Assembly (NCBI GenBank): GCA_020441205.1
Contig: JAGRMO010000044.1
Location: forward strand, 1-51,922
DNA: 51,922 nucleotides
Source: Maritimibacter sp.
Lineage (GTDB): Bacteria > Pseudomonadota > Alphaproteobacteria > Rhodobacterales > Rhodobacteraceae
Direction of reading: 5' to 3'
Every line of letters begins with the position of its first letter. Positions within the stretch are counted from its first letter, which is position 1. The notes beneath the pieces are model-generated. The model worked only from the letters and a program-made list of their open reading frames with translations. It was not told the origin of the DNA and searched no databases. Both the position numbers and the translations under genes were made by a program. This document shows positions 47,265-51,922 of the stretch, in pieces.

Positions 47265-47749
47265 GCAGGACGAAGGCACTGAGCCAGATGACGACCGTTC
47301 AGGAAGTGCTTGAAACCGTGGCGGAATTCGATCGAGAAGCGCATGGCTTCTATGTCGATCTGGTGCCCAAGGTGTCAAAGAGCATCCGCTATATCGTCGA
47401 GGAGCTGGCGCGCGCCGAGCTCGATCACATCATCAGGCTGCGCGAGCTGGCGAAGTCGGACGATCTGCGCGATCACCTGATGGATGCGATCCGCCGGCCG
47501 CGGGTCGACCGCAAGTTCTCCGACGCGATCCAGGCGCCGGAGCTGGGCGAGCATCCCGACGACCAGGCGGTGCTGCAATATGCGCTGTCGCGCCAGCAGG
47601 TGGCGATCGAGGAATATTCCGAGCTTGCCGCGAATACGCCGCCGGGGCCGATGCACGAGGTGTTCAGTTTCCTCGCCAACGAGGAATCGAAGCACAAGAC
47701 CGATCTCGAAGTGCTGTATTATCAGGTGGTGCATTCCGGCGGGGTCTGA
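47261..47749 (+). CDS. Ferritin-like / rubrerythrin-domain protein
   Basis: REAHGFY, ELARAELDH, FLANEESKH; AAGGAGG RBS; ATGA overlap with the preceding gene. Confidence 0.8.
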   Translation: MSRTKALSQMTTVQEVLETVAEFDREAHGFYVDLVPKVSKSIRYIVEELARAELDHIIRLRELAKSDDLRDHLMDAIRRPRVDRKFSDAIQAPELGEHPDDQAVLQYALSRQQVAIEEYSELAANTPPGPMHEVFSFLANEESKHKTDLEVLYYQVVHSGGV

Positions 47750-48170
47750 GCCCGTCCGGACGCCGCCCTGGGCCCATTGCCGGGCCCGGTGCCGGGGGAT
47801 GCCCCGCGCCGGGCCTGCGTCACATTCCCGCCAGCCACCTCAATTGTGCCATGGAATCTGCGGAATGTCGCCGAATAAGCCGGTATTGTTTCTCATTGTG
47901 TGAAAGCCCCGATTCTCCGGATCATGGTGTCTTCCGCGCCACAAAGGTGATTGTTTCGAAAATCCAGACAACACGTTCTGGTCTTTTGGACAATATCCGG
48001 CTTGGAAGGCGAGGCGTGATCCGTATTGTTGACGAGTACTTTTCGGCTCAGGGGGCTTGGTCGGGAAGGCGAACGAGCAGTCGAAACGGGCGAATTTTCC
48101 CGTGGTGTCTTGGATGAGTGGCGGCAAGGCAGGCCGCGGGTGGTTTCGAGCAGGTTAGACCGAGGACGAT

Positions 48171-49952
48171 ATGACATTTGCGCATGGCCGGCAGGGTGCC
48201 GGACTTAAGAGCTATGTGGCGCGCGGCTTCAGAACAGGCATTTGCGTCGCGGCCCTGGCCGCGGCCGGGGTGGCGCAGGCGGGCGGCATCGCCGAACCCG
48301 ACGCCGCTACTCTCGCGGCACAATGGGAAATTTATCAAGGCGAATCAGTGCCTTCGGTGCTGGAGTTCGCACCGATGCGCAGCGCGCAGGAGCTGACCGA
48401 CGCGGCCGGCACGACGGTGCGGCTGATGTCGCTGCACACCGGCGTCAACCGCTGGTACCTCGTCGAGACTTCGAGCGCGGCGACCGGGTCGCAATTCTGG
48501 CATTTCGAGAACGCGAATGCGGATGTCTGGGAGGTCTCGCTGACCGATCCCGATGCGCCCGGGCTCATGATCGAGGGCAATGGCGAGAGCCACATCTGCC
48601 GGCCCTGGACGGGCGAGGTGAGCGAGCTCGCGGCCGCCGCCAACAGCGGTCTGCCCTATGCGCCGGTCTGTGGCGGGCGGCTCTATCTGCGCAACAACGT
48701 GCAGGGCTCGAAGACCAACCGCGAGGCGGTGTCGGATTTCCTGCGCAACAACGTGGTGTTCGGCGACAAGCTGGTGAACCTGATCAAGGGCACGTTCTTC
48801 CAGGACGCGTTCCTCGAGAACGCCGCCTTCGACGCGGCCGAGGACGATTCCGGCGACGTGGTGGCGGCGCTGGGTCAGGCAAAACTCGACCGCACGCCGG
48901 TGATGCGCACCCAGATGGGCCTGCCCGTGGAGGGCGCCGAAGCCGGGATGCAGGCCGGGAGCTGGTACAAGGTCGAGGGCCAGGACGGGGTGTTCGCCTC
49001 GGTCCTGCAGCCCGGGATGATCGCGGCCGACGTGCTGCGCTCGGGCGGGAACGCAAACGGTCTCGACGGGATCGAGCAGGGCGCCGATGTCTATCTCGTC
49101 GCCTTCGACCTCAAGCGTTTCGAGGTGGGCTACGAGCTCGGCACCGATCACCCCGATCTCGGCTGGTCGTCGCGCCCCGGGCGCGGCGGGGCCGACTGGA
49201 ACCTGCCGGGGCCCGACGGGTTCGCGAATGCCGCGCCCTTGGTGCGCAACGGCATGTTGCCGCCCTCGCTCCTGCCGCGCGTGGTCGCGGCCTGGGCCGG
49301 CGGTTTCAAGCGCGATCATGGCGCCTTCCGCTTCGGCGATCTGGCCGGTTACGAACGCGGCCACCATTACGGCTTCATCTCGAACGGGGTCACTTTCTCG
49401 CGGCTCCGGCCGGAGCTTGCGACCTTCTATGTCACCACCGACGGGCGGGTGGGGATGAAGACCTGGGAAGAGGCCGACAACGAGATGATCCCGCTCATCT
49501 CCTTCGCGCGCCAGAACGGCGTGCCGGTGGTGGTGCGCGATCCCGCAACCGGGCAGTCGATGCCGGGCGACCGGGTGTCGAACTGGGGCGGCGGCAACTG
49601 GTCGGGGTCGGCGGATGCGCAGCTGCGCACGCTGCGCTCGGGCATGTGCCTGCGCGAGACCGGCGGGCGGAAGTTCCTGATGTATGCCTATTTCTCTTCG
49701 GTCACGCCCTCGGCGATGGCGCGGGTGTTCCAGGCCTACGATTGCGATTACGCGATGCTGCTCGACATGAACTCGCCGGAGCTCACCTACATGGCCTATT
49801 TCCGGCAGAACAGCTCGGCCGACGGGGTCGAGGCCTCGCATCTGAGCCATTTCATGGCCGAGAGCGATCCCTATCTCGCGGGTGGCCAGGTGCCGCGGTT
49901 CGTGAGCTTCTCGGACAACCGCGATTTCATCTACCTGCTCAGGAAGGAGTGA
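48171..49952 (+). CDS. Exported hypothetical protein; C-terminal half resembles the phosphodiester glycosidase (NAGPA/DUF2233) fold
   Basis: Signal-like GICVAALAAAGVAQA; AWAGGFK..HG, ARQNG, TLRSGMC, AMLLDMN, NRDFIYL. Start may instead be GTG 48216. Confidence 0.6.
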   Translation: MTFAHGRQGAGLKSYVARGFRTGICVAALAAAGVAQAGGIAEPDAATLAAQWEIYQGESVPSVLEFAPMRSAQELTDAAGTTVRLMSLHTGVNRWYLVETSSAATGSQFWHFENANADVWEVSLTDPDAPGLMIEGNGESHICRPWTGEVSELAAAANSGLPYAPVCGGRLYLRNNVQGSKTNREAVSDFLRNNVVFGDKLVNLIKGTFFQDAFLENAAFDAAEDDSGDVVAALGQAKLDRTPVMRTQMGLPVEGAEAGMQAGSWYKVEGQDGVFASVLQPGMIAADVLRSGGNANGLDGIEQGADVYLVAFDLKRFEVGYELGTDHPDLGWSSRPGRGGADWNLPGPDGFANAAPLVRNGMLPPSLLPRVVAAWAGGFKRDHGAFRFGDLAGYERGHHYGFISNGVTFSRLRPELATFYVTTDGRVGMKTWEEADNEMIPLISFARQNGVPVVVRDPATGQSMPGDRVSNWGGGNWSGSADAQLRTLRSGMCLRETGGRKFLMYAYFSSVTPSAMARVFQAYDCDYAMLLDMNSPELTYMAYFRQNSSADGVEASHLSHFMAESDPYLAGGQVPRFVSFSDNRDFIYLLRKE

Positions 49953-49956
49953 CGCG

Positions 49957-50949
49957 ATGGGCTTTGGTCACCGGATGAGAACGGCCGCGCTGGCTCTGGC
50001 GGTCGCGGCGCTGGCGCTGCCCGCCGGGGCGCAGACGCTGGCCCAGAACAACGAGACGATGTTCGCGCTGATGCAGAAGGTGCGCGGCGTCTCGGCGGGC
50101 GAGATCGCGAAGATCCGCGAGATCTTCAACGCTTCGGGGCGGACCGGGCAGGGCAACCCTGCGGTCACCCGCCACCCGATGACGCCCGAGCAGGCGCAGG
50201 CGAAACTGCCGCAGGACGCCTACCAGTTTTACCGCAACGCCCAGTTCGAGCGGATCTGCGGCGAGAAATACATGGCGCCGCTCTACGATCCGGCGACGCA
50301 GAGGCCGGAAGACGCCAAGGTCTGCGTCGACATGTTCGAATATCCCAATGTGCCGCTGGCCTATCCGGTGACCTGGATCTCGGCCCGCGACGCGGCGCTG
50401 ACCTGCTGGGCCGAAGGCAAGCGGATGGGCGACGCGCATGAGTGGGAAGGGGCCGCCGCCGGCGCGTTGCTCGAGCCCGACTACCGGTTCGACATCGGCA
50501 ATCCGCAAGGCATGCGCTCGGCGCACAACGCGAAGTGGGGTCCGTCCAAGGCCTGGACCTACGGGCCGCAGTGGCGCGCGGGGATCTGTGCCCAGGGCTC
50601 GTCGAAGACGCCCGGCTGCAACGGCGGCGACTGGAGCGGCTGCGGCACCAACACCTATCCGGTGGGCAGTTTCCCGAACTGCAAATCCGCGCTCGGGGTC
50701 TACGATCTCGAAGGCAACGCGGCCGAGCACATGAACCTGCCGCTGTCGCCCGACCAGATGGCCTCGCGCGGCTCGACCACGCTGGGCGTGACCGAGATGA
50801 AGGGCTCGTGGTTCATCTGGGACACGATCCGGGCGCATGAGGAATGGGCCCGCTGGCGCGCGCCGTTCTGGCACGGGACGCGGGTGCTCGCGGGCAATTC
50901 GCATTCGAACTACCACCTCGGGTTCCGCTGCTTCAAGGACGTGAAGTAG
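49957..50949 (+). CDS. Exported FGE-sulfatase-domain (SUMF1/EgtB/PvdO-like) protein
   Basis: Signal peptide ending LPAGAQ; CVDMFEYPN, PVTWIS, C..EGKR...EWE.A, PVGSFP.C.S..GVYDL.GN.AE, HLGFRC. Confidence 0.82.
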   Translation: MGFGHRMRTAALALAVAALALPAGAQTLAQNNETMFALMQKVRGVSAGEIAKIREIFNASGRTGQGNPAVTRHPMTPEQAQAKLPQDAYQFYRNAQFERICGEKYMAPLYDPATQRPEDAKVCVDMFEYPNVPLAYPVTWISARDAALTCWAEGKRMGDAHEWEGAAAGALLEPDYRFDIGNPQGMRSAHNAKWGPSKAWTYGPQWRAGICAQGSSKTPGCNGGDWSGCGTNTYPVGSFPNCKSALGVYDLEGNAAEHMNLPLSPDQMASRGSTTLGVTEMKGSWFIWDTIRAHEEWARWRAPFWHGTRVLAGNSHSNYHLGFRCFKDVK

Positions 50950-51001
50950 CGGTGCTACGCGGTGTCGGCTCCGCCGACGCTGCCTTGTGGCGCAATTGGA
51001 C

Positions 51002-51035
51002 AGGCCCGCCAGGACATGGCGGGCCTTGTTCGTTT
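51002..51035 (+). terminator. Rho-independent terminator
   Basis: 10-bp stem aggcccgcca/tggcgggcct, loop ggaca, followed by tgttcgttt; about 50 nt after the stop at 50949. Confidence 0.7.
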
Positions 51036-51276
51036 GGGATGTGCGTCGTGCGGGCACCCATGGTGGCCACGGCAGCCAGTTGCGGGCGGGTTGCGCCAAA
51101 GCGGGCTGCGCCCGCCGCCTGCGGCGGGCGGGGGCGGGGCCTTTGGCCCCGCGGCGCGGTCGGGCTGGCCGGGACGTCGGCGGGGGAGGCGCCGCCCGGA
51201 TGCAACGGTGCGCCGCCTGCCAAACGAATCCTGCCGACCGTTTCGGGGCGGCAGGTCAAGATTCCGACGGCCGAGG

Positions 51277-51921
51277 TCAGTTCGATGCGGTGCGGATCGC
51301 CGGGCCCGGCATCGGGCCGTCGTCGTTGATGAGGCCGGCGTAGCGGCCCGATTCCAGGAGCTCGTCGAGCGAGACCGCGCGGCCGTTCAGATAGGCCGTC
51401 TTGCTCACGAGGCGGATGCCGTGGCTGTAGTCGGCGTAATTCGCCTGGTGCACGGTGCTCACCGGCTGGATCGGCGCGCCGTTCTTCTGGTGCCAGCCAT
51501 AGATCGCGACCTTGCCCGGGTTCGACGCCAGCCGGCTCGCCATCACCACGTCCTTCTTGTGGCCGGCGACCAGGCCGCGGCGGCCCTGGAGCTGGCTCTC
51601 GACGGTGGAATTGTGGGTCACCAGATAGGCGGTCGACTGCATCTGCGGCCCGGCGGTCATCGGCGAGGGCGAGAGCTTCACGTTGGCCTGGGCGTAGATC
51701 GCGTCGACCATGCGCGGGGTCGGCAGGGTCATGTCGAAGGCGCCGGCAAGGCGCGAGGCGGCGGGCAGGCCCAGGGGCACGCGCACATAGTCCGCGTCCG
51801 AGCCGAGCGCGAGGTAGTCTGGGGTTACGCAGATGGTGATCTCGGTGGCCTGGCCGCGGGCGTCCTGGCCCCGGAAGGTGACCGGCTGCAGATCGTGGAG
51901 GAAGCCCGGCATGTTGCCGCG
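51277..51921 (-). CDS. Conserved hypothetical protein, 5'-partial
   Basis: Frame is open to the window edge (...RGNMPGFL). Motif-like blocks PDYLALGSDAD, LPTPRMVDAIY, LVAGHKKDVV, VAIYGWH, HQANYADYSHGIRLV. Confidence 0.75.
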   Translation of the reverse strand, partial: RGNMPGFLHDLQPVTFRGQDARGQATEITICVTPDYLALGSDADYVRVPLGLPAASRLAGAFDMTLPTPRMVDAIYAQANVKLSPSPMTAGPQMQSTAYLVTHNSTVESQLQGRRGLVAGHKKDVVMASRLASNPGKVAIYGWHQKNGAPIQPVSTVHQANYADYSHGIRLVSKTAYLNGRAVSLDELLESGRYAGLINDDGPMPGPAIRTASN

Positions 51922-51922
51922 G

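Noticed and set aside
49957-50949. True formylglycine-generating enzyme or DGR target
   Set aside because: The FGE catalytic Cys pair is absent, no sulfatase is adjacent, and no reverse transcriptase or template repeat is present in the window.

Overview
High-GC window whose gene content and order suggest an alphaproteobacterium, probably Rhodobacteraceae (inference). From left to right: (1) the 3' part of a class III PLP aminotransferase; (2) a type I secretion locus (HlyD plus PrtD-like ABC) co-oriented with two signal-peptide-less, non-RTX acidic proteins that share a QxNxxxDxD / GxNxxxN repeat, divergent from an atypical LuxR regulator and an Rx4H-motif protein; (3) tamAB; (4) a surface/exopolysaccharide region (rmlC, rmlB, rmlD, several glycosyltransferases, WecB/TagA, Wzz/Wzc-like pair, priming transferase). 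Embedded in it are a PKS-derived protein and an NRPS/formyltransferase-derived protein that keep open frames but lack carrier domains and recognisable catalytic residues, next to an apparently intact PPTase; (5) an RbsD/FucU gene; (6) a 13-gene Mrp-Mbx (MBS-like) ion-translocating oxidoreductase operon in the Thermococcales gene order, with fused H-H' antiporter subunits, an MbxN-GltD-like flavoprotein fusion, a ferritin-like gene and two FNR-like boxes upstream; (7) three uncharacterised proteins (phosphodiester-glycosidase-like, FGE-sulfatase-like, and a partial conserved hypothetical). No rRNA, tRNA, CRISPR array or transposase was recognised. All family assignments come from motif recognition by eye; no database searches were run.
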